A stretch of DNA of 64,000 nucleotides from Balanoglossus misakiensis (taxonomy: Eukaryota > Animalia > Hemichordata), in contig CM082596.2 of NCBI GenBank assembly GCA_040954595.2, positions 403,368 through 467,367 on the forward strand, in the 5' to 3' direction. Below, piece by piece: positions 26,801 to 64,000 of this stretch. Numbering within the stretch: the stretch's first letter is position 1; each line of letters begins with the position of its first letter. The translations under genes were made by a program, and so were the position numbers. The notes under the pieces were generated by a model. The model was not told where the DNA came from. It saw only the letters and a list, made by a program, of their open reading frames with translations, and did not search any database.

Positions 26801-27569
26801 GAAGAAACATTTTCTGAGGACAAGTTCACATTTATCTGACTCAATCTTTCTTGGAGAATCTTTCACTGCAATTGACTCCTTCCCAGTTATTCCTCATTGC
26901 TCAACAGCTGCTGTTTCAAATGATGTGTTGCAATAATAATGACTTCAATAAAATAATCTTTTACTTTTAATGCACACAAATGCATCAGTCATAAATATTG
27001 TTTACCTTTTTCTTTTCTGGCTGTTGGGTTTCTGTTTGTCCGATGCCTTCAGTGGGTGGTACAGGTAACCTTCCCCTGTTTGATTTGATTAGACTGCTCT
27101 CAACTAACTCATCGTCAAATTTCTTTCTCTTGATCGATCGAGATGAACTCCTCCTTGGAGTGACATCAACAGCACCTGGTCGATTTGGTGCTGGTCTTAC
27201 AGGTGGTGGCAGAACTGGCGCTGGTTTGGAGGATTTGTGTGATGAACTTGAACCTGCTGAGGTGAAACAATCTTGCCAAGTTTAGTAAGGCAATCTGAAG
27301 ATGACAGTGAGGTAACATTAATTGAGTAAAGTGCTAACATAAAAGACAGTCAGCTACGAACAATAGCTAGTCTAATGGTTTACTGATGCACTTATTCTTC
27401 TACATTGTAATCAATGTTATGTACCTGTTGAAACAGGAATGCTACCAGTTGTACTGCTTGTAGTATTGACACTGCAGCTTGCCTTCACTGTTGATGATGG
27501 GACACTTGTATTCACCGTTGTCGTTTCTGCCTTGATCACTGGGCCTGTTTTCCCGACTGTGTCAGACAT
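23857..27569 (-). CDS. MCRS1: Microspherule protein 1 (NSL/INO80 subunit; N-terminal MCRS domain and C-terminal FHA), about 488 aa
   Basis: Phase-consistent exons 27569-27425, 27256-27006 ([22 protein letters not shown]), 26764-26711, 26599-26525 ([15 protein letters not shown]), 26377-26268, 26157-26049, 25848-25710, 25524-25449, 25304-25276, 25030-24938, 24715-24633 ([22 protein letters not shown]), 24405-24190 ([33 protein letters not shown]), 23943-23857 (stop TGA). Confidence 0.97.
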
Positions 27570-28099
27570 TGTCAGAACGTGGATCTTTAAAATGCTGTAA
27601 TACAATGTCAAATTAACATTACGTTTTGATCTACAGAATAGAATTGATATTAATGTAGATTTTGCTGGTTTGGGCAGCCACACACGTTGCAAAACCTTGA
27701 GCAACAGCTAGTACGAAAGGTGTTTACATCGTACATCGACAATAATGGCAACATGACCACTTTAGACTCGGCAATAGAAATCGAAACGTTCGATCAAGGT
27801 GTTCAATGAAGTCCCGAGAGAAACGATTACAACTAATACTATGATAGCCATCATAGGCCATGGAATTCGGGAGCGAGACGGTCTATCCTCGACTATTGCA
27901 ATCGATCTACTGTACCTATCACAACACTCACAGTCATCATCTTGTCATCAAAGCCTTGCACAACCTGACTTGGATGCCATGGAGACGTACAGATACAAGA
28001 ATATTGGTGTCAACCTCGCCTTAACCTTATGATTTGGAATATCCCCTATGTCACGTGGGCAATATTTTCCCAGAAAAGGCACCATTAAACCCCCAAACT

Positions 28100-28445
28100 G
28101 ACGAAATATTCCAACCTTACCTTTTTTCAAAGACCACTTCCGCAAAAACACGCTTGTCTGTTTGTTCGCTGGTTGTGTCTGTATGTTCGCTGATTGTGAA
28201 CTCCAGATTAAAATTCTCTCGTCGGATCGAGTTGAGTGGCGGCGCTGTGACCTAGTGAAGCAGTTTCCATGGTTTCCAGGTCATCTTCCACTTTAAAATG
28301 GCAGACGACATTTCAGGTCACGTTCGTTCGTCGTTGACTTATCACCGTCGAGCATCGTACAAGCATTTGAAACGTTTAATGTCGCCAGGCTACGCAGTTT
28401 ATGTGAAGTTGACCATGTCAGTGCGGTTGAAAAACAGGTAAGAGA
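28100..28445. promoter_or_regulatory. MCRS1 promoter with a 5' UTR exon; possible divergent first exon
   Basis: Minus-strand donor AG|GTAAGG at 28121/28120 pairs with an acceptor at 27594. The region is CpG-rich, has a YY1-like AAAATGGC at ~28295 and a plus-strand donor CAG|GTAAGA at 28437. Confidence 0.45.
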
Positions 28446-31400
28446 ACAATTTTGTCAGCGCGTTCGTTTTTATCATGTTCACCAGGCTACTTCCGCGTTG
28501 CAAAAGATGGTGACCTGATGATGAGGTCACAATCTGTAGCGTGGGGCCAGGTTGCTCCTAGTGAATAGCGTTGTCCGCAACTGTTGCGCTTATCAACGGA
28601 TGTGTACTTTTGTGTTATTGTATATATATAAACAAAACATATGATGGGTACGCACAGCTGTAGTATATTTGAGCGCGCCCTCCGCAAAAGTGGCTGCCAA
28701 TAGGCCCTACTGTGCACCGCATGTGATATGGACATTGCACAGACACGAAGCGCACACTAAGCAACACAACGTAAACATGACGCTATAGTTTATATAAATT
28801 TTATAATACTGCGTTTACATGTACCTATGAAAGATGCTTCTGAGGTTCCAACAGTATCTCTCAACGTTACGTGGTAGAAATACCAGTGCGCCTCTGAGAA
28901 AACTTCTATCGTTGAACATCAGCTGTCCTCGAGAATTGTCATGACAAACGTTGCATCTGAAGAATGCATTCGTCATTTTCAAAATAGTCGAAGGCACCTG
29001 TCACAAACTCTATATCAAGGATAACGCTGAAGAATGTTTCGAGAACAAGACTCGAATTGTCCAAAATTAACCACCAGCTACCATATTAAGGCATCAACAT
29101 CATCGGTTTGCATTTTTCCAAAGTGCCATGCCTTATTTCGGCCTTACTATTAATTGTCCTGTGATAACTTTGGCTTTTATCTTGATTACTTCGAGTAGAG
29201 TACTTGAGATTGTTTCAACTATTCCCGCCATTTCAATCAGGCAAATCGTCGATGTTCGTGCAATGGAGATTAAGAAAGTTTAATCTCGTTAAACCAAAAA
29301 TGGCAAGTATCATGACAAATTTCACTCATGAAATTTCTTGTTATCTCCTCCCGAGCAGGGCACTACCTTTTACAGTAATTAGTAATGTCATCGAACAAGA
29401 ATTTTAAGTTGGTTGTTATCTGTATAATCCCGGAACCTTCTAGGTGTGGTCTTGGTGTGAGAAATCGCCTTTCCGTTGGTGAATTTCTCATAAAATGGAA
29501 GTTGATTCTATGATTTGTAGTTTCAGACACATTGTAATATGCACTCGGCTGATAAACTCTCGTTATACCTCTCATAATGTGTTTGTAGATTAGACCAAAT
29601 ATTTCCTTCCTAATCTACGTTGACCAGATCTCTTAAAATCAATAACACATTGCCATCTCTTGAATATGGAAACAATCACAGGAAAATGTAAACATAGTTT
29701 GGAACTTACTTTGTTTGGCGAATATGACCGTAATTATTCAGTTTGCCGTGAGTGAAATTTATCGAGAATTTAGGCATATGGTTGCCTTGGATTGTGAAGC
29801 AGCGTTTTTATCATATTGCAATCGACATTGCTGAGGTACTTTTCTCTCCTTTTGATATTTGATATCACGATGTCGAATGCCAAGGGACTCCATGGGTAGA
29901 ACATTATCGTAAACAGTTGAGATATGCTTTGAAAAATAACATAAACCATGTCTGGTGCAGTTGGTTTGACAAGCAGAGGGGTTACTTCAGATATGTCAGC
30001 TGTACTAGACTTTCGTGGGATAAGATTTTCTCCAGTGGTGTACTGGATTGACGCATCATAACTGCATCTAACTCGTTAGCTCACTTGTCAATCACGGTCA
30101 ACGTCACCCCTGGTTGCCAACGTGTAATACGTTTTAGTACAGGAAAGAAAACTGACTACGTTTAGTAAAGAGTGTTACCATCTCAAGATCTGTGTATGTC
30201 TTTACAACTTTGATTAAGATTGATACAGGAAGTGTGAAAGTTAATATTTCCAACCTGCGGTTTTCAATGAACCCTGTGAAATATGCCACTCAAAGGGCGT
30301 GTGCCCCGACGCGGACCAATTATCAAAATATTTTCAACAGATGGAAGACACATCGTCCGTTCAACGATCTGTAGATATCTAACCAAAGCTCTTACACGTG
30401 TATTTAAAATATTTGAGCGATGTCACTGATATTCAACGAGGCTACAGACTTGAATTTTGTCCATTCTGCACATTAGTACCACATGCATACTGTTATCGTG
30501 ACTTGGGTAATCTGTCATTTTCGCTTCGTTTGCGTTCATACTTTTATAGATAATGCAAAAATCATCTTGCGTACATGTTTTCCACACAAACTTGATCCGA
30601 AATTAGACTCTTTCAACCGTAGAAGCTCTCCGTTAATGCAGAACTGCGCAAAAATCGTACACGTTTAATTTGAAACACAGCCAAGTTACAGATTCGTGGC
30701 TTCTGTCACTCAGTGTTTAGCAATTGAAACATCTGACCTTAAGCTGTGTCACACCATGTGGAAGTATTCTGTTTCGTGAAATATAGAAATTTTTCGCCAA
30801 CATAGGATTGATATTACACCCCCGTTATCACCATACGGAAGGTTATCATGAAACTTGGCTTACTCAGCGTAGTTTTATGGGCGTAAGAAACGAAAAGCGC
30901 TACTCACTCTGTAATGATGCATGACTGTCTTTTCGGTGACATTCACCTTTCTGTAGCAACCGTAAAATACTCTCGAAAACAAACATTGGAAACATTTGTG
31001 TGTAACTGTAAGAAAGAGAAATCAAACACAGGAGCAGTTATATTGCCTTATGTCAATATTACATTCGCGTCTATGGTGTCATAAAAGTTTTGTTTGGACA
31101 CTGCAGGCCTAAACCATCTTTACCTTTAATAAAATCTGCAACGGCCATTTCAGTGCAAGTCTCATGTGCATATCATGATTCCGCAGAAGTTGTTTGATGT
31201 GTGTGATCTTGATTACGTCAGTGGTCATGTCCGATTTTGGCGTATCATCAAAAGTACTTTTACAGGATATTGGGCGTGGAATTTAAACGCAATGTTGACT
31301 CAGTCTGCGTCTTGAAGTTGTTAAAGATGTGACGTCATTTATGAAGCAGTCAGTGTCGTTGTGATGTGTTCCTCTCTGTCTTTCAAGTCGAATTAGTCAT

Positions 31401-34128
31401 TTTTGACTTGGAAGCTTTCTTCCGTTCTCGAAGGGGAAATGTGAAGTTGCCCTTCATCTCTTGTCGGATTCTCAGACTTCTATAGTTTGATCAACGCATA
31501 TTTTGTAACACGACAATTTCCGTGGTAAAATCTAACATATTACTACTGATTCTGCAATCTGAGATACCTTTCAAAATGAAAGTCATAAATCAGTTTGAAT
31601 CATAAGCAAATAATTGACCGTATGACCCCTACATCGCCCAAGACCCAGACAGTGACACCGTTTGACCACCCGGGTCCATAGCTCCCACTTTCGCCATAAC
31701 ACTAGTTATTCTCGCGGGGTTCTGTATTGGCATGCGGCCAGTTTTCAAGAGCTATTCAACTTGCAAGAAACTGGCTTCGACGGTCTAATTTCCGTTCTTG
31801 TGTGCAAATGATGTTTTCTTCTCGCAGGGATTCAGAATTTCGACTCATTGTGCAGGTCTTCAATGATACTTAATCGGCAATCGATATGACATGTAGATAA
31901 TATACAGAGGCAAAAAGGACAATGGCAGAGATTTCCATCATTTGAAAACTTGCGTGCAAAGATCCTTTCATAGCAAGTGGAGTTACTTCCACTCGGCCGA
32001 GTTTCCATTTGCTCCGGCCGCTTAGCCTTAGTGAGTACGAGTAGAAAGATAAAACAAGAAACAGTGACACTTAAACGAACCCTCTATACGATTTAATTGC
32101 ACACTTTAGCAAGCCTGAATTTTAAACACGTCAGTCAGTTTCATCTTGGGATTTCCAGCTTTTCGCCGAAGTGGAAAGCCGACAAGAAAAGCATCGTCAT
32201 CGATATCTGTCCCTTCAAAATAAAAATAAAATGATTCATTTAGCGGACACATCATAAACAAGCAATGTACAGGTTGTGGGTGAAAGATTTTTCACAAAAG
32301 TGGAGAGAAATGGAACATTATTGTCCGGGCGCTGATGATCGAGATGCAAGGAATGTTGTTAAGGGGAATATAACATGTAGAGTAAATCCGATGCTCAGTC
32401 GGTGACTACATTGTACACACCAGAGAATCCACGCCCAACGGCGAAACTTTAGAAAATATCTCCTCTCGCGTGTCTCTGTGTTATACTTGTTTACGCGCAG
32501 CTTTGTAACACTAAACTTAGCTTTCTGCCCTCCTCCAAGCGTTTAAAAATACTGACTAAATTTTGCCAAAATATTTGTTCATGCCCTCAGGTGACTTTCA
32601 AAGTACAGTAGTGCATACAGTGGTCATTCTCACGTGTATAAGGTGCAAAGTTGGTGTGGGGCTGTCAATTTGTTTGCCTTCACCAGTCTTGTCGTTCGGG
32701 TGTCACAAAAAGTTGAAAAAAAATCTTGTTTGAATGCAACTCTCGTACTTGGGGCTGAAACATCCATAGCTTAGCTCTTGTATGCCAGTGGAAGTAATTC
32801 CATGGGCATAACGTTTGGTGTGGTCACTGGCGACTAAGCGGAAAATCCACTGGAAAATGCCCAAGAGACAATTCAATAAACCATTTATTCTTTATCTAAA
32901 TTTTCCCTTGTCCCCCAGACCGATTGCTAGCACAAACAGTATATTCACTTAATAAAACAACCTCCCTGTGTTGGTGCAGCGAATTTGAACATTTCTCACA
33001 CTTCCAATTACTTGCGACTCAGGTTAGAATAATTCACAAATGATGCTGTAACGCTCACATGGAACGATGTCCTTTTACGTCCGTGTTTATTTACTTGTAT
33101 TTACATATTGATTTGTTAATTGGTTTGTTTGTAAACATGACATCCTTCTGCCGCGTACCGGTCAAGTAATTTGATCAAGGGATGTACTGCTGGCTGTGGT
33201 CGAGTTAAAGAACCCATACAGTCTTAATTACATTTAAACATTTTTCCATGACAAAGTCGTGCTAAATAACCCTATTGCCAGTAGCTAAGAATAGATTCGA
33301 TTGTCCAAGATACAAAAACAACCCCTAAATCCCCTTTTACGTTTACAAATGCAATAACTGTGTGAATTAAGCATTTTAGGTTGAGTTCTGTCATCATGTT
33401 TCGAGTGCAAACTATATCACAGACATTGCATCTGTCCACAAATGTGTTCCCCGAATTAGACATTTAGATATTCTCACAAAGGGCCTAATATCGACTCGAT
33501 TACGCAAACTAGCCATAGCGGCTCTGAATGCTAATCGGTCTGATAAAACCTCCAACGTGAATGAATGTTGGTATCACGTGGACTCCCTATCAACGTATCA
33601 AAACAAGGGGCACGTTTCGGGCAAAGTTTATCGAGGCTCTCTGTCTATATACGCTTTCTCAGTTCATGCTCAGGAGCCGTTACATTAAGAGCGCCCGGTG
33701 TCGGTGTCCACTCGCCACTCAAAGCTTGTTCGCTGCTCGAGTGACTCCTGGCTAGATCATCGGGACTCGTACTTCGAACAAACTCGGTACTTCGTTCAAC
33801 ATCTGCAGCAGATCGCGTGTATCTATACATAGCAATTCACGGCAATCGTGTTGTCACTATCGTTGAACAAGTGCTTAACAGCGCTAGGAAGATTAAACAA
33901 TCGCTTCGGCTAACTCAGGCTGCGCGGACGACCGCAAACATTTTCATATTCTCCACAACTGATTTTCCACATTTGTTTGAGTTGCATATTTCTTTGCCTT
34001 TTTAGATGACGAAACTGCAAAAATCGGACACAGCAAGTAATTCGTGAATTCCAGCTCTTTTTCTTGCTATGATCATTTGGACGTGATCCTTTTACTTGAC
34101 TACCCTTGGAATCGAGATAGCTTGAAGT

Positions 34129-58386
<24,258 letters not shown>

Positions 58387-59404
58387 TGAGATGGCGTTCC
58401 GCCAATAACCTAATGAAGACAGTGGTCACAATCGCTGGCCAGGAACAGTGGTTCCACAGAATTAATGTCAACCAATATTTATATGCAGCTGAATATATTG
58501 ACATGCAAGTTTATAGTATTATCATGGAGGTGATGGGTCGAAATGGAAAGGTGAAATATGCGTGTGTGCTCGTGGTTGAAAAATGATGTGTACTTTGGTA
58601 CAGTATTGTATAAACGCAGAACATTAGTGCATGTAAACATACTGCATATACACAAGAAATATATTCTTTAATTTACATGGAAGAGATTTTATGGGCAACA
58701 GTGTAACATTGTCAATAACATAAGGTTCAGTTCAGTTCAAGCCCTTAGTGCATAGTTTTTAACATTCTTTTCATTGCTGTAAATCATTCTGTTATAATCG
58801 GGTAACAAACACATCATACTAGTATACAAACTTTTGTTTATATTAAAAGTGATAAGTCTGGAAGAGTCTTAAAGCTGAGCTCAGTCTTTCCAGAATTGCC
58901 CACTTTTTCTTGAACAGTTGTATTTCTGTGATGTCAATGAATTACCCATTCTTACATGTTGTCGGCATGTACTGGATTCTGGAGCTCACTTCACAGAAAA
59001 CTTCTTGTGTACACCTCCATCAACTGAATACTATACTCAGTTTAAAATACCACTACCTCGACAGTGACATTGCCACAGAAAGGCAAGATTTGACCCAACC
59101 ATACTTATGACCAAACCCTTGTATATATTATTCATATATTACTTATGATGATTCATTATTTTTTATAACAAAAGTAGTATTGAAAATGTCCTATTGTAAC
59201 TAATATCTATCTAGGATATCTATTTTAACTTTATTTCAGCTGGACAAGACAAAGGGTCCATCAGTTAGCTAATGTGTATTGTAGACAATGCATTACGGGT
59301 AGAAAAATGTACATTTAGAGTTTTAAAGATATGTTTAACATTTATTGCTTTTATTTAATTTTTTTTCTTTAAAAATATCTCTATGTGAAGTTGTAGCAAT
59401 AGAA

Positions 59405-59410
59405 AATAAA
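59405..59410 (+). other. Candidate polyadenylation signal of VWDE
   Basis: AATAAA about 1 kb after the stop codon, at the end of an AT-rich UTR-like stretch. Confidence 0.4.
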
Positions 59411-59994
59411 CTCTGCAAGCATGAGTATTGAATGCTGTGAATCTGTTGATTACAGATAAAATGTACAATGAGACATTCTCTGTGTTTTACATCTCCTGTC
59501 TTTGTTTATATGGGAAGGCATGTACAAAATACACATGTAACCAAACATTCAGTGTTGGCTTGCAACTTTGAATGCGTTAAAATGGTTGACAAACTTTGTG
59601 GCAAGTGATTTTCTCCCAGAATTAAACAGGCTTACCATTAATATTAACAAGACTTATGTAATCACTCCTGCAAAAATAATCTAGGCTATAGCATTAAATT
59701 CTGACAACTAAATATTGGTGACTTTCTAAAAATCTGATAGTAACTATTGATCATAAAGTTTTGACCAGTGTATTGTAGTCTTGCCATTATGCCACTCCTT
59801 TCATAGAACCCCAGAAGTATTTTGGAGCACAATAAACAATACATTGTGATAATTTATGTACATATATCATTATTGCATCATAATAAATATACTGCCATGT
59901 TTGCATAAACCAAATATTGTCTTGAGATTTGATGATTTTCAATCCATGAAAATTTGAAAAAAAAATGATGAAATTATGAAATCAGAATATTTTC

Positions 59995-60786
59995 ATTTTT
60001 GATGATTTTCGAGTCGAAAAATCGTCATTCTGGATGATTTTCATGAGCTATAACCCATGATTTTTGTCAAAAATCGACCAAATTTTTATAAAATTCGCAA
60101 AGTCGAAAAATCGTCATTTCTGGATGATTTTCATGAGCTATAACCCATGAGTTTTGTCAAAAATCGACCAAATTTCGAAAATTCGCAAAGTCGAAAAATC
60201 GTCATTTCTGGATGATTTTCATGAGCTATAACCCATGATTTTTGTCAAAAGTCGACCAAATTTCGTAAATTCGCAAAGTCGAGAAATCGTCATATCTGGA
60301 TGATTTTCATGAGCTATAACCCATGATTTTTGTCAAAAATCGACCATATTTCGAAAATTCGCAAAGTCGAGAAATCGTCATTTCTGGATGATTTTCATGA
60401 GCTATAACCCATGATTTCTTCAAAAATCGACCATATTTCGAAAATTCGCAAAGTCGAGAAATCGTCATTTCTGGATGATTTTCATGAGCTATAACCCATG
60501 ATTTCTTCAAAAATCGACGAAATTTCGAGATTTGGAAAAGACGTAAAATCGTCGATTTTTGATGATTTTCATGAGTTATAACCCATGATTTCTTCAAAAA
60601 TCGACGATTTTTGGAAGTTTGGAAAAGTCGAAAAATCGGCGATTTTTGACGATTTTCCTGAGCTATTACCCATGATTTCTTCAAAAATCGACGATTTTTG
60701 GAAGTTTGGAAAAGTCGAAAATTCGGCGATTTTTGACGATTTTCCTGAGCTATAACCCATGATTTCTTCAAAAATCGACGATTTTT
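59995..60786 (-). repeat. Tandem satellite, about 87-91-bp unit, left (inverted) arm, about 9 copies
   Basis: Repeated GAGCTATAACCCATGATTT core, the reverse complement of the right-arm unit; copies diverge toward the left boundary. Confidence 0.95.
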
Positions 60787-63700
60787 CGACTTTTCCAAAC
60801 TTCCAAAAATCGTCGATTTTTGAAGAAATCATGGGTTATAGCTCAGGAAAATCGTCAAAAATCGCCGATTTTTCGACTTTTCCAAACTTCCAAAAATCGT
60901 CGATTTTTGAAGAAATCATGGGTTATAGCTCAGGAAAATCGTCAAAAATCGCCGAATTTTCGACTTTTCCAAACTTCCAAAAATCGTCGATTTTTGAAGA
61001 AATCATGGGTTATAGCTCAGGAAAATCGTCAAAAATCGCCGAATTTTCGACTTTTCCAAACTTCCAAAAATCGTCGATTTTTGAAGAAATCATGGGTTAT
61101 AGCTCAGGAAAATCGTCAAAAATCGCCGATTTTTCGACTTTTCCAAACTTCCAAAAATCGTCGATATTTGAAGAAATCATGGGTTATAGCTCAGGAAAAT
61201 CGTCAAAAATCGCCGATTTTTCGACTTTTCCAAAAATCGTCGATTTTTGAAGAAATCATGGGTTATAGCTCAGGAAAATCGTCAAAAATCGCAGAATTTT
61301 CGACTTTTCCAAACTTCCAAAAATCGTCGATTTTTGAAGAAATCATGGGTTATAGCTCAGGAAAATCGTCAAAAATCGCCGAATTTTCGACTTTTCCAAA
61401 CTTCCAAAAATCGTCGATTTTTGAAGAAATCATGGGTTATAGCTCAGGAAAATCGTCAAAAATCGCCGATTTTTCGACTTTTCCAAACTTCCAAAAATCG
61501 TCGATTTTTGAAGAAATCATGGGTTATAGCTCAGGAAAATCGTCAAAAATCGCCGATTTTTCGACTTTTCCAAACTTCCAAAAATCGTCGATTTTTGAAG
61601 AAATCATGGGTTATAGCTCAGGAAAATCGTCAAAAATCGCCGATTTTTCGACTTTTCCAAACTTCCAAAAATCGTCGATTTTTGAAGAAATCATGGGTTA
61701 TAGCTCAGGAAAATCGTCAAAAATCGCCGATTTTTCGACTTTTCCAAACTTCCAAAAATCGTCGATTTTTGAAGAAATCATGGGTTATAGCTCAGGAAAA
61801 TCGTCAAAAATCGCCGATTTTTCGACTTTTCCAAACTTCCAAAAATCGTCGATTTTTGAAGAAATCATGGGTTATAGCTCAGGAAAATCGTCAAAAATTG
61901 CCGATTTTCGACTTTTCCAAACTTCCAAAAATCGTCGATTTTTGAAGAAATCATGGGTTATAGCTCAGGAAAATCGTCAAAAATCGCCGATTTTTCGACT
62001 TTTTCAAACTTCCAAAAATCGCCGATTTTTCGACTTTTCCAAACTTCCAAAAATCGTCGATTTTTGAAGAAATCATGGGTTATAGCTCAGGAAAATCGTC
62101 AAAAATCGCCGATTTTTCGACTTTTCCAAACTTCCAAAAATCGTCGATTTTTGAAGAAATCATGGGTTATAGCTCAGGAAAATCGTCAAAAATCGCCGAA
62201 TTTTCGACTTTTCCAAACTTCCAAAAATCGTCGATTTTTGAAGAAATCATGGGTTATAGCTCAGGAAAATCGCGAAAAATCGACCATTTTTCGACTTTGG
62301 GAATTTTCGAAATTTGGTGATTTTTTGATAAAAACCATGGGTTATAGCTCAGGAAAATCGCGAAAAATCGACCATTTTTCGACTTTGGGAATTTTCGAAA
62401 TTTGGTGATTTTTTGATAAAAACCATGGGTTATTAGCTCAGGAAAATCGCGAAAAATCGACCATTTTTCGACTTTGGGAATTTTCGAAATTTGGTGATTT
62501 TTTGATAAAAACCATGGGTTATAGCTCAGGAAAATCGCGAAAAATCGACCATTTTTCGACTTTGGGAATTTTCGAAATTTGGTGATTTTTTGATAAAAAC
62601 AATGGGTTATAGCTCAGGAAAATCGCGAAAAATCGACCATTTTTCGACTTTGGGAATTTTCGAAATTTGGTGATTTTTTGATAAAAACCATGGGTTATAG
62701 CTCAGGAAAATCGCGAAAAATCGACCATTTTTCGACTTTGGGAATTTTCGAAATTTGGTGATTTTTTGATAAAAACCATGGGTTATAGCTCAGGAAAATC
62801 GCGAAAAATCGACCATTTTTCGACTTTGGGAATTTTCGAAATTTGGTGATTTTTTGATAAAAATCATGGGTTATAGCTCAGGAAAATCGCGAAAAATCGA
62901 CCATTTTTCGACTTTGGGAATTTTCGAAATTTGGTGATTTTTTGATAAAAATCATGGGTTATAGCTCAGGAAAATCGCGAAAAATCGACCATTTTTCGAC
63001 TTTGGGAATTTTCGAAATTTGGTGATTTTTTGATAAAAATCATGGGTTATAGCTCAGGAAAATCGCGAAAAATCGACCATTTTTCGACTTTGGGAATTTT
63101 CGAAATTTGGTGATTTTTTGATAAAAATCATGGGTTATAGCTCAGGAAAATCGCGAAAAATCGACCATTTTTCGACTTTGGGAATTTTCGAAATTTGGTG
63201 ATTTTTTGATAAAAACCATGGGTTATAGCTCAGGAAAATCGCGAAAAATCGACCATTTTTCGACTTTGGGAATTTTCGAAATTTGGTGATTTTTTGATAA
63301 AAACCATGGGTTATAGCTCAGGAAAATCGCGAAAAATCGACCATTTTTCGACTTTGGGAATTTTCGAAATTTGGTGATTTTTTGATAAAAACCATGGGTT
63401 ATAGCTCAGGAAAATCGCGAAAAATCGACCATTTTTCGACTTTGGGAATTTTCGAAATTTGGTGATTTTTTGATAAAAACCATGGGTTATAGCTCAGGAA
63501 AATCGCGAAAAATCGACCATTTTTCGACTTTGGGAATTTTCGAAATTTGGTGATTTTTTGATAAAAACCATGGGTTATAGCTCAGGAAAATCGCGAAAAA
63601 TCGACCATTTTTCGACTTTGGGAATTTTACCTCTCACGAATTGGTGATTTTTGATAAAACCATGGGTTATAGCTCAGGAAAATCGCGAAAAATCGACCAT

Positions 63701-64000
63701 TTTTCGACTTTGGGAATTTTCGAAATTGGTGATTTTTTTGATAAAAACCATGGGTTATATCTCAGGAAAATCGCGAAAAATCGACCATTTTTCGACTTTG
63801 GGAATTTTCGGAAATTTTGTGATTTTTGATAAAAACCATGGTTTATAGCTCAGGAAAATCGCGAAAAATCGACCATTTTTCGACTTTGGGAATTTCTCTC
63901 AGAGATTGGTGATTTTTTGATAAAAACCATGGGTTATAGCCTCAGGGCAAAATCGCCGGAAAATCGACCATTTTTCGACTTGGGAATTTTACGCGCACGG
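60787..64000 (+). repeat. Tandem satellite, right arm: 87-bp subfamily A (to ~62260) then 88-bp subfamily B (to window end)
   Basis: ATGGGTTATAGCTCAGGAAAATCG recurs at 60831, 60918... (87 bp) and 62249, 62337, 62425... (88 bp); copies are near-identical within each subfamily. Confidence 0.97.

Noticed and set aside
60307-63848. Long ORFs (up to 415 aa) with 29-aa repeats
   Set aside because: Artefact of an 87-bp (multiple of 3) satellite open in several frames; the frames break in the 88-bp subfamily.
59995-64000. CRISPR-like array
   Set aside because: No unique spacers, eukaryotic context, no cas genes; it is a head-to-tail tandem repeat.

Overview
AT-rich, intron-rich animal genomic DNA; gene content and a mosaic CpG pattern suggest a marine invertebrate, probably a deuterostome (inference). 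I reconstructed four spliced protein-coding genes by hand from splice signals and phase: the 5' end of BMPER/crossveinless-2 (-, runs off the left edge), a complete SPATS2/SPATS2L pro-ortholog (-, 12 coding exons), a complete MCRS1 (-, 13 coding exons) and a complete VWDE-like gene (+, 31 coding exons, about 1555 aa). The last ~4 kb is an 87/88-bp tandem repeat that flips orientation at ~60787-60804 at a self-complementary sub-motif. This forms a foldback (palindromic) array whose arms both grade from a central to a distal subfamily. Other points: a probable P-type transposon excision footprint (20653-20686), small MITE-like elements, an ancient SPATS2-MCRS1 linkage on a Hox-paralogon-type segment, and CpG depletion over the housekeeping gene bodies. 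Most short ORFs in the supplied track are antisense or intronic noise or repeat artefacts. No prokaryotic systems or CRISPR arrays were seen.
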